From an uncultured Acidobacteriota bacterium (GTDB taxonomy: Bacteria; Acidobacteriota; Thermoanaerobaculia; Multivoradales; UBA5704), in contig OY969474.1 of NCBI GenBank assembly GCA_963700145.1, positions 5,340,928-5,404,927 of the forward strand: DNA of 64,000 bases, written 5' to 3'. The translations under genes and the position numbers were made by a program. Below, piece after piece: positions 45,449 through 59,259 of the stretch; the stretch's first letter is position 1; each line of letters opens with the position of its first letter. A model generated the notes under the pieces. It was not told the origin of the DNA. It did not search any database and worked only from the letters and a program-made list of their open reading frames with translations.

Positions 45449-46159
45449 ATGCCGGACTCGCCGCAGGACGATCGCGTCCGCCCGCGCGGGCGCGAGATGT
45501 CGCGCCTGGAGGCGCTCTCCGACGCCATCTTCGGCTTCAGCGCCACCCTTCTCGTGGTCTCGCTGGAGGCGCCGCGCACCTTCGTCGAGCTGCGGGCGAT
45601 CCTCGCCGGCTTCGCCCCCTTCGCCCTCAGCTTCGCCATGCTCCTCTTCATCTGGCTCGCCCACAACGCCTTCTTCCGCCGCTACGGGCTGCAGGACGGC
45701 GTCACCGTGGCCATCAACTCGGTGCTCCTCTTCGTCGTCCTCTTCTACGTCTATCCGCTGCGCTTCCTGGCCACCGCGTTCACGCAGTACCTCCTCGGCG
45801 GCGAGCTCGCGGTGCGCCCGGCCCTCGGCTCGTTCGACGCCCTCGCCTCGCTCTTCGCCGTCTACGGCGTCGGCTTCGTCGCCCTCTTCGCCTGCTTCGT
45901 GGCGTTCTACGTCAACGCCGCCACACGGGCGGATGCCTTCGGCCTGACGCCGCTCGAGCGCTACGACGCGGCGACCGCGGCGCGGCACTACCTGCTGTTC
46001 GTGCTAGTGGGCGCCCTCTCGGCGATCCTCGCGTGGGGCGGCATCGGGATCGGGATCGGCCTGCCCGGCTGGGCCTACTTCCTGCTCGGCCCGCTCTGCT
46101 TCTGGAACGGCTGGAGCCGCGGCCGCCGGCGCGCCGCGCTTCTGCCCGCCGCCGCCTGA
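45449..46159 (+). CDS. TMEM175/DUF1211 family potassium channel-like protein
   Basis: RLEALSDAIFGFSATLLVVSL signature (RxxxFSD) and six predicted TM segments. Confidence 0.7.
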   Translation: MPDSPQDDRVRPRGREMSRLEALSDAIFGFSATLLVVSLEAPRTFVELRAILAGFAPFALSFAMLLFIWLAHNAFFRRYGLQDGVTVAINSVLLFVVLFYVYPLRFLATAFTQYLLGGELAVRPALGSFDALASLFAVYGVGFVALFACFVAFYVNAATRADAFGLTPLERYDAATAARHYLLFVLVGALSAILAWGGIGIGIGLPGWAYFLLGPLCFWNGWSRGRRRAALLPAAA

Positions 46160-46284
46160 CTCCTTCCCGCCGCGCCTGAGGCTTTCTCCCCGCGCCGCAC
46201 AGGGGGTTTCCCTCATGGCCTCGCCGCCCGCCACACGGCAGCATCGCAAGCGGTGGAGCCGGACCGAACGGCAAGGAGGGGACC

Positions 46285-48177
46285 ATGCGGCGGATGACGC
46301 GTTGGACGGCTGGGACGACGGCGATGGCGGTGCTGGGGCTGCTGGCGGGGGCGCTGCCCGCGCCGGCGGTCGACCTCGGCGCCTGGCAGCTGAAGGTGGA
46401 CGCGGCGGTGCTTGACGCGGCGGCGCTCGGGCAGACCGATTTCCTGATCTACATGGCGCAGCAGGCCGACCTCTCGGGTGCCACGGCGCTCCGCGGCAAG
46501 GCCGCGAAGGGGGCGTACGTCTACGCGCAGAAGACAGCGCTGGCGCGCGACAGCCAGGCGCCGCTCCTGGCGACGCTCGACGCCCTCGGCGCCTGGCATC
46601 GCTCGTTCTGGATCGTCAACCTGGTGCACGCCAGGGGCGGCCTCGCGGCGCTCCAGGCGGCCGCCTCCCGCGCCGACGTGGCGCACGTCTACGAGAACTC
46701 CGCCGGCATCCTCGACCCGCCGGTCGGCGCGCAGTCGGCCGGCGGCGGCGCCGCCGAGGCGCTCGCCGCCGCGCAGTGGAACCTCGACATCACCAACGCC
46801 GACGAGGTCTGGGCGCTGGGCGTCCTCGGCGACGGGGCGGTCGTCGCCGGCGCCGACACCGGCGTGGAGTGGCAGCACCCGGCGCTGCTCGCCCGGTACC
46901 GCGGCTGGGACGGCGCCACCGCCGACCACGACTACAACTGGCACGACGCGATCCACACCCCCAACACCGAGTGCCCCGGCTCCTCGCCCGAGCCGTGCGA
47001 CGACGACGCCCTCTTGGGCGGCGGCCACGGCACCCACACCGTGGGCACGATGGTCGGCGACGACGGAGGCGCCAACCGCATCGGCATGGCGCCGGGCGCG
47101 CAGTGGATGGCTTGCCGCAACATGCACTACGGGGTCGGCGTCGTCACGACGTACCTCGAGTGCATGCAGTGGTTCCTGGCGCCCACCGACGTCGCCGGCA
47201 ACGCCCCCGACCCGGCCAAGTCGCCGCACGTCATCAACAACTCCTGGGGCTGCGTCGAGGTCTGCCCGCCGACGGTGCTCAAGGAAGGGACCGAGGCGAT
47301 CCGTGCCGCCGGCATCGTCTACGTCGCCTCCGCCGGCAACGACGGCGACCTGTGCAGCACGATCGCCTTCGCGCCGGCCATCTACACGGCGTCGCTGACG
47401 GTCGGCGCCACCGACGACCTCGACAACATCGCCGGCTTCAGCAGCCGCGGCCCGGTGCTGACGCTCGACCCGCTCAACCCAAACCGCAAGCCGGACGTCT
47501 CGGCGCCCGGCGTCGGCGTCCGCTCGGCGCAGAAGGGGGGCGTCTACGGCAGCCTCAGCGGCACCAGCATGGCCGGGCCTCACGGCGCTGGGCTCGTCGC
47601 GCTCCTGATCTCGGCCAACCCGGACCTCGCCGGCGACGTCGACGCGATCGAGGACATCGTCGAGCGCACCGCCCTGCCGCGCACCACCGCCGAAGGATGC
47701 GGCGGCGACGGTCCGGCGCAGGTGCCGAACAACGTCTACGGCTACGGCCGCATCGACGCCCTGGCGGCGGTCGAGGAGGCGATCCGCCTGCGCCGCGTCT
47801 GCGCCGAGGTGGACGACGCCGGCGGCGCGGTCGAGTACCACGGCGGCTGGCAGCAGGTGAGCGACGCCGACGCGTCGGCCGGCGGTTACCACCGTCGCAA
47901 GGGCGGCGGCATCACGACGTCGGCGCGGCTCGTCTTCGACGGCGACGAAGTGACCTACCACTACGCCGTCTCGACCGCCGGCGGCAGCGCCGACGTCTAC
48001 CTCGACGGCATCCTCCGCCAGACCGTCTCGTACGCGGGGAGCGCGCCGCCCGCCGACCCGGCGTTCGCCGCGGTGACCCTCTCCGGGCTCGCCGACGGCG
48101 TCCACGAGCTGCGCGTCAGGCCGCGCGGCGGCACCGTCACCGTCGACGGCTTCACGGTCTGCGGGCCGGGGAGCTAG
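46285..48177 (+). CDS. S8 (subtilisin-like) serine peptidase with C-terminal extra domain
   Basis: Signal peptide and catalytic triad contexts VVAGADTG (D), GGHGTHTVGT (H), GTSMAGPH (S). Confidence 0.85.
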   Translation: MRRMTRWTAGTTAMAVLGLLAGALPAPAVDLGAWQLKVDAAVLDAAALGQTDFLIYMAQQADLSGATALRGKAAKGAYVYAQKTALARDSQAPLLATLDALGAWHRSFWIVNLVHARGGLAALQAAASRADVAHVYENSAGILDPPVGAQSAGGGAAEALAAAQWNLDITNADEVWALGVLGDGAVVAGADTGVEWQHPALLARYRGWDGATADHDYNWHDAIHTPNTECPGSSPEPCDDDALLGGGHGTHTVGTMVGDDGGANRIGMAPGAQWMACRNMHYGVGVVTTYLECMQWFLAPTDVAGNAPDPAKSPHVINNSWGCVEVCPPTVLKEGTEAIRAAGIVYVASAGNDGDLCSTIAFAPAIYTASLTVGATDDLDNIAGFSSRGPVLTLDPLNPNRKPDVSAPGVGVRSAQKGGVYGSLSGTSMAGPHGAGLVALLISANPDLAGDVDAIEDIVERTALPRTTAEGCGGDGPAQVPNNVYGYGRIDALAAVEEAIRLRRVCAEVDDAGGAVEYHGGWQQVSDADASAGGYHRRKGGGITTSARLVFDGDEVTYHYAVSTAGGSADVYLDGILRQTVSYAGSAPPADPAFAAVTLSGLADGVHELRVRPRGGTVTVDGFTVCGPGS

Positions 48178-48953
48178 GCGGCCGCGGCGCCCGGCGCGGC
48201 CACGTCGAACTGCGCCACCACCGGTGCGTGGTCGCTGGTGCCGACCTCGGCGAGCACGCGGCAGGCGGTGGCGCTGGCGGCGAGCGGCGCGCTCGCCAGC
48301 ACGTAGTCGATGCGCCAGCCGATGTTGCGCTGGCGCATGTTGCGCCACGGCGCCCACCAGGTGAAGAGGCGGTCGTTCTCGGGGTCGAGCGCGCGGCCGA
48401 GGTCGACCAGGTCGCGGCCGATGAGGGCTTCCAAGAGCGCCCGCTCGTCGGGGCGCTGGCCGATGATCCCGGGCTTGAGCTCCTTGGGGTGCACGTCCCG
48501 GTCGGTGCGAGCGACGTTGAGGTCGCCGCAGAGGATCAGCCGCTTGCCGGCGCTCTGCAGCGCCCCCGCCCAGCGCTCGAGCGCGATCAGGAACTCCAGC
48601 TTGGCGGCGAAGTCCTTCCCGCCGTTCGGCACGTAGACCGAGGCGAGCACCAGGTCGCCGGCCTCGGCGGTGACGATGCGCGTCTCGCGGTCGAACTCCG
48701 GGTGCGCGAAGCGCGGTTCCTCGGGGAAGATGTCGCGGCGGAGGTTCAGGCTGACGCCGGAGTAGGGCCCGGCGCCGTGCCAGTAGCACCAGTAGCCGTC
48801 GAGGTTGCAGATCGTCGCGTCGAGCTGCGCCGGCGCCGCCTTGATCTCCTGCAGGCAAACCACGTCCGGCCGGTCCCGCCCCACCCACTCCAGGAACTGC
48901 GCCGCCCGCGCCCGGATGCCGTTGACGTTCCAGGTGGCGACGGTGAGGGGCAC
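48174..48953 (-). CDS. xth: exodeoxyribonuclease III
   Basis: 259 aa. Motifs VATWNVNGIRAR, VVCLQEIK, GDLNVA, SDHAPV. Confidence 0.9.
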   Translation of the reverse strand: MPLTVATWNVNGIRARAAQFLEWVGRDRPDVVCLQEIKAAPAQLDATICNLDGYWCYWHGAGPYSGVSLNLRRDIFPEEPRFAHPEFDRETRIVTAEAGDLVLASVYVPNGGKDFAAKLEFLIALERWAGALQSAGKRLILCGDLNVARTDRDVHPKELKPGIIGQRPDERALLEALIGRDLVDLGRALDPENDRLFTWWAPWRNMRQRNIGWRIDYVLASAPLAASATACRVLAEVGTSDHAPVVAQFDVAAPGAAAA

Positions 48954-48969
48954 GGGGCGATTCTAGCCC

Positions 48970-50130
48970 TCACTCCCGCGGCACCACCTCCAGCTCGATC
49001 TCTTCGTTGACGTCCGGCCAGAAGGCGATCTCGCCGCGCACGGTGAGGAGCCAGCGCACGCGGCCGTCCGGCCGCTCGGCGCTCGGTTGCGCGTCGGCCG
49101 GGACTCCCAGCAGGCGCGAGCCGTGGGGGATGAGCGTGCGCTCCTCGGTCTCGATGACGACCACGGTGGCGAAGGTCCGCGCCTTCATGGAGGCCGAGCC
49201 GCCTTCCTCCTGCACCGTCTCCTCCCGCCCTTCGAGCGCGATGCGCAGCTTGCGGATGCGCCCCGGGAGGCCGGTGAAGCGCCACTCCAGGTGGACCGAG
49301 TCGCCGGGCGCCAGGACGCTGCGCGAGAGGGTGAGCCGCGGCCGCGGGTTGAAGAGGGCCAGGAGCTGGTAGGGGACCGCGATCAGCAGCAGGAGGCCGA
49401 TCAGCACGAACGGCACGAGGAAGAGCACCAGGCACCCCTCGACGCCCCCGCCCGTCCGCCAGCCCTCGACAACCTGCCAGACGAAGACCGAGACGATGCC
49501 GTTCCAGAAGAGGGCGACGAGGAGCGTGCCGGCGAGCTTGCCCAGCGGCGTCGCGCGCGGCCGCAGGGTCACCGGCCCGGCGCTCGTCGCGCGCTCGAGC
49601 CGGCGCGCGGCGGGCGCCGCCGCGGCCCCGCCGCCGCGCGCCGTCCGAAAAGCGAGCACGATGACACCCGCGCCGGCGCCGGCGAAGAGGAGCGGCACGA
49701 GCGACACCAGCCAGCCGGCTCGCCAGGCGCGGCTGTAGACCGCTTCGGTCGGGTCGTCGGGGTCGACCCAGCAGACGCTGCGCGTCCCCGGCGGGTTGCG
49801 GTCGACGATTCGCTGCTTGCCGGAGCGGCCGCTGGTCGAGCCGCCGAGGAAGTCGTAGCGCTGGGAGCGGTAGGTGCGCCCGTCCACCGCGTACTCGAAG
49901 AGGACCGCGATGCGGTAGGTGTCGCCGTCCTCGCCGCTCACCGTCTCGACCCGGCTCTCGAGCACCGTGCACGGCACCTCGCGCCAGCCGCGCGCCTCCA
50001 GCGCGCGCTTGGCCGGCAGCAGGAAGAAGGGGACGAGGAGCCCCAGCCCGGCGAGGACGAAGAGGGCGCCGAACGCGGCGAGGCAGCCGGCGCCGGACGG
50101 CTTCGGCGCCGGCGGCTGCTCGCCGCTCAC
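48970..50130 (-). CDS. DUF3592-like membrane protein
   Basis: Only the C-terminal 386 codons of the 2064-aa track ORF look real. The GTG at 50130 makes a GTGA overlap with the TauE stop. TM-flanked beta-rich domains ([39 protein letters not shown]). Confidence 0.6.
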   Translation of the reverse strand: MSGEQPPAPKPSGAGCLAAFGALFVLAGLGLLVPFFLLPAKRALEARGWREVPCTVLESRVETVSGEDGDTYRIAVLFEYAVDGRTYRSQRYDFLGGSTSGRSGKQRIVDRNPPGTRSVCWVDPDDPTEAVYSRAWRAGWLVSLVPLLFAGAGAGVIVLAFRTARGGGAAAAPAARRLERATSAGPVTLRPRATPLGKLAGTLLVALFWNGIVSVFVWQVVEGWRTGGGVEGCLVLFLVPFVLIGLLLLIAVPYQLLALFNPRPRLTLSRSVLAPGDSVHLEWRFTGLPGRIRKLRIALEGREETVQEEGGSASMKARTFATVVVIETEERTLIPHGSRLLGVPADAQPSAERPDGRVRWLLTVRGEIAFWPDVNEEIELEVVPRE

Positions 50131-50912
50131 CGCGCCTGCTGCCAGAAGAGCAGCGCCGTCATCAGCAGGCCGATCGCCACCACCGCCGCGCGCGCCCGCT
50201 CCTGGCCGATACGCCGGGCGAAACGCGCGCCGCCGTAGCCGCCGGCGACCGCGCCGGCGATCATCACCAGCGCCGCCGGCCAGTACACGGCGCCGCGGGC
50301 GATGAAGTAGACCGCCGCCGTCAGGTTGATCGCCAGGCCGAAGAAGTTCTTGAGGCCGTTCATGGCGTGGATGTTGGAGAGGCCGAGGAAGCCGAGGATG
50401 GCGAGCATCAGGATCCCGGCGCCGGCGCCGAAGTAGCCGCCGTAGACCGCCACTCCGAGCTGGGCCACCGCGGCGAGCAGCCAGTTGCCCGCCGAGGGGA
50501 CGGGCGCGATGGTTTCTTCCGCCACGCTCGCCTTGACAGCGCGCTTCCGCACCACCCCCTGCACCATGAACAGCACGGTGGCGAAGAGGATGAGCGCCGG
50601 CGCCAGCTGCGCGAAGGTCCGCTCCGGCGTGCGCAGCAGGAGGACCGCCCCCAGCGTGCCGCCGACGAGGCTGGGCAGGAAGAGCGTCTTCAGCCAGTGG
50701 CGGTGCGTCGCCACCTCGCGCCGGTACCCCGCCATGCTCGCGATCGTGCCGGGCAGGAGCGCCACGGTGGACGTCGCGTTGGCGACGATCGCCGGCACGC
50801 CGGCCAGCAGCAGGGTGGGGTAGGTGACGATGGTGCCGCCGCCGGCCATGGCGTTCATCACGCCGGCCGCGGCGGACGCGGCGAGGAGGGCCAGGGCCTG
50901 GCTGGGGGTCAT
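50127..50912 (-). CDS. TauE/SafE family sulfite/anion exporter
   Basis: 261 aa, polytopic, with N-terminal [21 protein letters not shown], typical of the family. Confidence 0.8.
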   Translation of the reverse strand: MTPSQALALLAASAAAGVMNAMAGGGTIVTYPTLLLAGVPAIVANATSTVALLPGTIASMAGYRREVATHRHWLKTLFLPSLVGGTLGAVLLLRTPERTFAQLAPALILFATVLFMVQGVVRKRAVKASVAEETIAPVPSAGNWLLAAVAQLGVAVYGGYFGAGAGILMLAILGFLGLSNIHAMNGLKNFFGLAINLTAAVYFIARGAVYWPAALVMIAGAVAGGYGGARFARRIGQERARAAVVAIGLLMTALLFWQQAR

Positions 50913-50985
50913 GGAGCGCGCGGATTATGGCACGCGGCGCTGTGGTACCCTGCGCCCAAATCAGCACCATGGAAGGAGGCGCTTC

Positions 50986-53610
<2,625 letters not shown>

Positions 53611-53646
53611 GGCGACCACCGCCCTGAGACGGCGGCAGGAGGCGGC

Positions 53647-55184
<1,538 letters not shown>

Positions 55185-55188
<4 letters not shown>

Positions 55189-55631
55189 AGGGCAAAGCCA
55201 TCAAGATCCTGCTCGCCGAGGACGACCCCGACGACCGCCTCCTGCTGCAGGAAGCCCTCCAGGAGGGGCGTCTGGCCAACGAGCTGACCTGCGTCGAGGA
55301 CGGCGAGGAGCTGCTCGACTACCTCCACCAGCGCGGCAAGTGGGCCGGCGGGGCGCCGCGCCCGGGCCTCATCCTCCTCGACCTCAACATGCCGAAGCTC
55401 GACGGCCGCGAGGCGCTGCGCGCGATCAAGGCCGACCCGTCGCTGCGCCAGATCCCGGTCGTCGTGCTCACCACCTCGAAGGCCGAGGAGGACGTCCTGC
55501 GCAGCTACGACCTGGGCGCCAACTCCTTCATCACCAAGCCGGTGACCTTCCAGTCGATGGTCGACCTGATGCGCGTCCTCGGGCGCTACTGGCTGGAGAT
55601 CGTCGAGCTGCCGGCGGCGGACGCCGAATGA
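55185..55631 (+). CDS. stand-alone response regulator receiver
   Basis: 148 aa. [32 protein letters not shown] motifs. 4-nt overlaps on both sides. Confidence 0.85.
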
Positions 55632-57688
55632 ACGAAGCGCCCATCTCGGTGCTGCTGATCGACGACGACGAGGACGACTTCGTCCTGACGCGCGAGCTGC
55701 TCGCCGAGATCGGCAGCGCCCGCTTCGAGCTCGCCTGGGCGCCGCGCTACGAGGCGGGCCTGCAGGCGCTGCGCGACGGCGCGCACGACGTCTACCTGCT
55801 CGACTACCACCTGGGCGAGCGCAACGGCCTGGAGCTCCTGCGCGAGGCGGCGGCCTGCGGCTGCCGGGCGCCGATCATCATGCTCACCGGCCTGGGAGAC
55901 CGCGAGGTGGACCTCGAGGCGATGCGCCTGGGCGCCGCCGACTACCTGTTCAAGAAAGGGCTCGACGCGCCGCTCCTGGAGCGCGCCATCCGCTACTGCC
56001 TGGAGCGGGCGCGGACGCTGGAAGCGCTGCGCGAGAGCGAGGAGCGCTACTCGCTCGCCGCCTCGGGCGCCAACGACGGCCTCTGGGACTGGAACCTGCG
56101 CACCCACCGCATCTACTTCTCGCCGCGCTGGCGGCAGATGCTGGGGCTCGCCGAGTCGGAGGTGGCCGGGCTGCCCGACGACTGGTTCCGCCGCGTCCAT
56201 CCCGAGGACCTGCCGCGCCTGCGCCACGACCTCGCCGCTCATCTCGCCGGCGCCACCCCGCACTTCGAGAACGAGCACCGCCTGATGCACCGCGACGGCG
56301 ACTTCCGCTGGGTGCTGACGCGGGGCCTGGCGGTGCGCGGCGAGGACGGTGTCGCCTACCGCCTGTCCGGCTCGCAGACCGACACGACCGGCCGCAAGGT
56401 GCACGACGCGCTGACCGGGCTGCCCAACCGCGTGCTCTTCCTCGACCGCCTGGCCTCCGCTCTCTCCCGCGCCGGCCGCAACCGCCGCGGCGCTCTCCTC
56501 GCCGTCCTGGCGCTCGACCTCGACCGCTTCAAGCTGGTCAACGACAGCCTCGGGCACGGCCTGGGCGACCAGCTCCTGGCCGAGGTGGCGACCCGGCTCG
56601 CCGGCTGCCTGCGCCCCGAGGACACGGTGGCTCGCCTCGGCGGCGACGAGTTCGCCATCCTCCTCGAAGAGGTGCGAGACCCGCGCGAGGCGACGCGCGT
56701 CGCCGACCGCATCCACGCGGCGCTCGCTGCCCCCTGCCGGCTGGGCGGCCGCGAGCTCTTCACCTCGGCGAGCGTCGGCATCGCCCTGGCCGCCGGCGGC
56801 GTGCGGCCGGAGGCGCTGCTGACCGATGCCGACACGGCGATGAACCGTGCCAAGCGCTCGGGGCCGGCGCGCACCGAGGTCTTCGACGCGGCGATGCGCG
56901 CCCAGGCCCTGGACCGGCTGCAGCTCGAGTCCGACCTGCGGCTGGGGATCGAGCGCGGCGAGTTCCACCTGGAGTACCAGCCGATCGTCGCGCCGCACGG
57001 CGGCGAGGTGCTGGCCTTCGAGGCGCTGGCGCGCTGGCAGCGCCCCGGCCACGGCGTCGCCCTGCCGGAGGACTTCATCCCGGTGGCCGAGGAGACCGGG
57101 CTGATCGGCCCGCTCGGCGAGCACCTGCTGCGCCTGACCTGCGTCCAGATGAAGAGCTGGCTGGAGCAGCTCCCCGAAGACTCGCCGCTCGTCGTCTCGG
57201 TCAACCTCTCGGGCCGCCAGCTCACCGGCGACGACTTCCCCGAGCGGGTGGCGGCGGTGCTGGCGGAGACCGGCCTGCCGCCCGAGCGGCTCAAGATGGA
57301 GCTCACCGAGTCGGCGCTGGTCGAAAGCCCCGAGCGCTCGGCGGCGCTCCTGACCCGCCTCCGCGACCTCGGCGTCGGCCTCTGGCTCGACGACTTCGGC
57401 ACCGGCCACTCGTCCCTCTCCTACCTCCACCAGTTCCCCTTCGAGGCGCTCAAGATCGACGGCTCGTTCGTCGCCCGCCTGGAAGAGCCGGGCGGCCGCG
57501 CCGAGATCACCCGCACCATCGTCCTCCTCGCCCACAGCCTCGGGCTGACGACGATCGCCGAGGGCGTCGAGACCGCCGGCCAGTGCGCCCGCCTCCGCGA
57601 CCTCGGCTGCGACCGCCTGCAAGGCTTCCTGTTCGCCCCCGCCCTCCCGGCCGACACCGCCTGGGACCGGGTGGCGCCTCCCGGCTGA
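55628..57688 (+). CDS. response regulator with PAS, GGDEF and EAL domains (c-di-GMP turnover)
   Basis: The ATG at 55628 lies within track ORF 55340..57688. REC (VLLIDDDEDD...YLLDYHL); PAS (DGLWDWNL); GGDEF (RLGGDEFAIL); EAL (EALARW...ELTES...DDFGTG). Confidence 0.85.
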   Translation: MNEAPISVLLIDDDEDDFVLTRELLAEIGSARFELAWAPRYEAGLQALRDGAHDVYLLDYHLGERNGLELLREAAACGCRAPIIMLTGLGDREVDLEAMRLGAADYLFKKGLDAPLLERAIRYCLERARTLEALRESEERYSLAASGANDGLWDWNLRTHRIYFSPRWRQMLGLAESEVAGLPDDWFRRVHPEDLPRLRHDLAAHLAGATPHFENEHRLMHRDGDFRWVLTRGLAVRGEDGVAYRLSGSQTDTTGRKVHDALTGLPNRVLFLDRLASALSRAGRNRRGALLAVLALDLDRFKLVNDSLGHGLGDQLLAEVATRLAGCLRPEDTVARLGGDEFAILLEEVRDPREATRVADRIHAALAAPCRLGGRELFTSASVGIALAAGGVRPEALLTDADTAMNRAKRSGPARTEVFDAAMRAQALDRLQLESDLRLGIERGEFHLEYQPIVAPHGGEVLAFEALARWQRPGHGVALPEDFIPVAEETGLIGPLGEHLLRLTCVQMKSWLEQLPEDSPLVVSVNLSGRQLTGDDFPERVAAVLAETGLPPERLKMELTESALVESPERSAALLTRLRDLGVGLWLDDFGTGHSSLSYLHQFPFEALKIDGSFVARLEEPGGRAEITRTIVLLAHSLGLTTIAEGVETAGQCARLRDLGCDRLQGFLFAPALPADTAWDRVAPPG

Positions 57689-57700
57689 CCCGGAAAAGAC

Positions 57701-58414
57701 AACTTCGGACCGGGGAACGCTCCCCGGGGCGCCGGGAGGATTGTTTTCGGACCAGTTCGTACTACTTTCGGACAGAGAAGCACCAAGATCGGACCAAAAC
57801 AGCCGGTGCGTTGGGAGGGAAGCCGAGTTTACGGGGTCCGAAACTCGCCGGCGCCCGGCGGCAGAGCTATTTTCGGACCGAAAAGTACGATTTCAGGACC
57901 ACAGGGACGCCTGACACGGGTCAGAAGCCCCAAAATCGGACCGGCGACACGTCCCCAGCGCTCGGTACGAACGGTTCAGAGACCGAAGTGGAACAGAATC
58001 GGACCAAAGAGTTAGATTTCAGGACCGAGGAACGTTCCCGAAGGGCCGCTGACACCTCCGCACCAGCAGACGACAGCTCCTCAGGGTGCCAGATGGAAGA
58101 AAATCGGACCAAACCGTAAGATTTCAGGACCAAAACAGCCGCCCAAGGCCGCCGAGCGGTCCGATTTCGGACCAAACCACTAGGGGAGGCCCGCGGGGAG
58201 TGTTCCTTTCGGACCGGGGAAGAATATTTTCGGACCGCGGAGGCATCTTTTCGGACCGCGCAGCCTTCCCGAGGCCGCGGGGAGACATCCCGACGGGTGG
58301 GGGAGCGTAGCCTTCGGACAGCGGAAGGATCTTTTCGGACCGCGGAGCGTTCCCTTCGGACCGCGGAACCTTTCCGAGGCTGCAGGGAGGCTTCCTGACG
58401 GGTGGGGGAGCGGC
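57701..58414 (+). repeat. about 34-unit tandem array of diverged 21-bp repeats with conserved core TTTCGGACC (variants ATCGGACC, TTCAGGACC)
   Basis: GGAC cores start at 57707, 57749, 57770, 57791, 57875, 57896, 57938, 58001, 58022, 58106, 58127, 58169, 58211, 58232, 58253, 58316, 58337 and 58358. Every spacing is 21, 42, 63 or 84 bp. A 105-bp (5-unit) higher-order duplication links 58205-58309 to 58310-58414. Two inverted cores lie at 57835-57843 and 58158-58164. Confidence 0.85.
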
Positions 58415-58516
58415 CACTGCTAGCCCCGACGAGAGCCGCGAGCTGGCGCTCCTGGTCTCCGCGTCTGACACCTTCGCGCCAAGCGCTTGGCTGCCACGGC
58501 GGCGATCCGCAGCTCA
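58400..58516 (-). pseudogene. eroded RelE/ParE-type toxin N-terminus
   Basis: Directly after the antitoxin stop (ATATGA). One frame gives YELRIAAVAAKRLAR and another gives ...QERQLAALVGAS, which together resemble the start of ParE/RelE toxins. The reading is broken by frameshifts and runs into the repeat array. Confidence 0.3.
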
Positions 58517-58744
58517 TATCCGGCCATGACGCCGCAGGTCCTTGACGACCTGGTCGAAGCTCAGCAGCCGCTCTCCACGTCTCTGCTCGAAGGCCTCGAG
58601 ATCTGCCGCGTTTTCCCCAAGGGCCAGCCCAACAGCTTCGTTGACCAGCTCCGAGACGGAACAACCTGTCGTCGCCGCCTTGAGCCGCAGAGCACGATGG
58701 ATCTCGGGATCGAGGTAGACGGTTGCACGCTTCGTGGTTTTCAT
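58514..58744 (-). CDS. ribbon-helix-helix antitoxin (RelB/ParD-like)
   Basis: 76 aa. KRATVYLDPEIHRALRLKAATTGCSVSELVNEAV (RHH) plus a C-terminal toxin-binding-type tail. Confidence 0.7.
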   Translation of the reverse strand: MKTTKRATVYLDPEIHRALRLKAATTGCSVSELVNEAVGLALGENAADLEAFEQRRGERLLSFDQVVKDLRRHGRI

Positions 58745-59259
58745 AGGAGCCCAGGCTAGTGCCCCGGCGCTAGGACGTCAAAGACGACAGTCCGTTTGCG
58801 CGGCGCGCTCGCGGGCCCTCCGGGGCCGCCCTCCTTCAGAGGCAGGGGACGCCATGAAAGGACCACCGCAGGCGTAAGGCAGCCAGAGCCCGCGGCGCCC
58901 ACCCCAGCGCTGTGTAGCTTAGGCCGAGCGCCATCCAGGAGTTTTCCTGCGCGAGCTGCCCCGGCCGAAGCCTCGCGCGCAACGCGTTGGGGATCGCGGC
59001 GCTACCCGCTCTCGAGGCCCGCTTCGCCCGACCCCGCAGGCGACTCCATTCATCTGGCACCTAGCCACTGGGCCAAAGATCGATTAGCGTCACTCTCATC
59101 GCCGAGCGCTGATGGCTTGAGCAGCTGAGCAGCTGCCGCTCGGGCCGGCCCTGCGCGCGGGAAACGCAATGAAGGACCCGCTCCGCATTTCACAACGAGC
59201 GACAGACGGCCAAGCCGTATAACAGTGGTCATACTGAGGAGACATGTAAGGACACGCCC

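Noticed and set aside
57701-58414. CRISPR array interpretation of the 21-bp repeats.
   Set aside because: The conserved core is only about 9 bp and the variable parts about 12 bp, far below CRISPR repeat and spacer sizes. The units grade into each other as a diverged tandem repeat. No cas genes or leader are present.
57921-58664. The 247-aa minus-strand ORF (heptads like SAVRKDP/SPVRKEH) and the plus-strand ORF 57583..58119 (RTExxxF heptads) as real heptad-repeat proteins.
   Set aside because: Open frames are expected in any 21-bp (7-codon) tandem repeat. Neither ORF spans the array: a plus-strand stop falls at 58117-58119 and the minus-strand stop at 57921, with ten more units beyond it. 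Their starts lie inside other genes in different frames. Conservation is concentrated in a 9-nt core rather than in codon-wise patterns. The idea is kept only as an alternative to be excluded by ribosome profiling.
58745-59259. The 515-bp gap upstream of the DUF262 gene, scanned in six frames for an integrase or transposase remnant or a tRNA attachment site.
   Set aside because: No tyrosine- or serine-recombinase motifs and no cloverleaf-like sequence were recognised by eye. The small ORFs there (58796..59128, 58836..59060, 59050..59307) are compositionally implausible.
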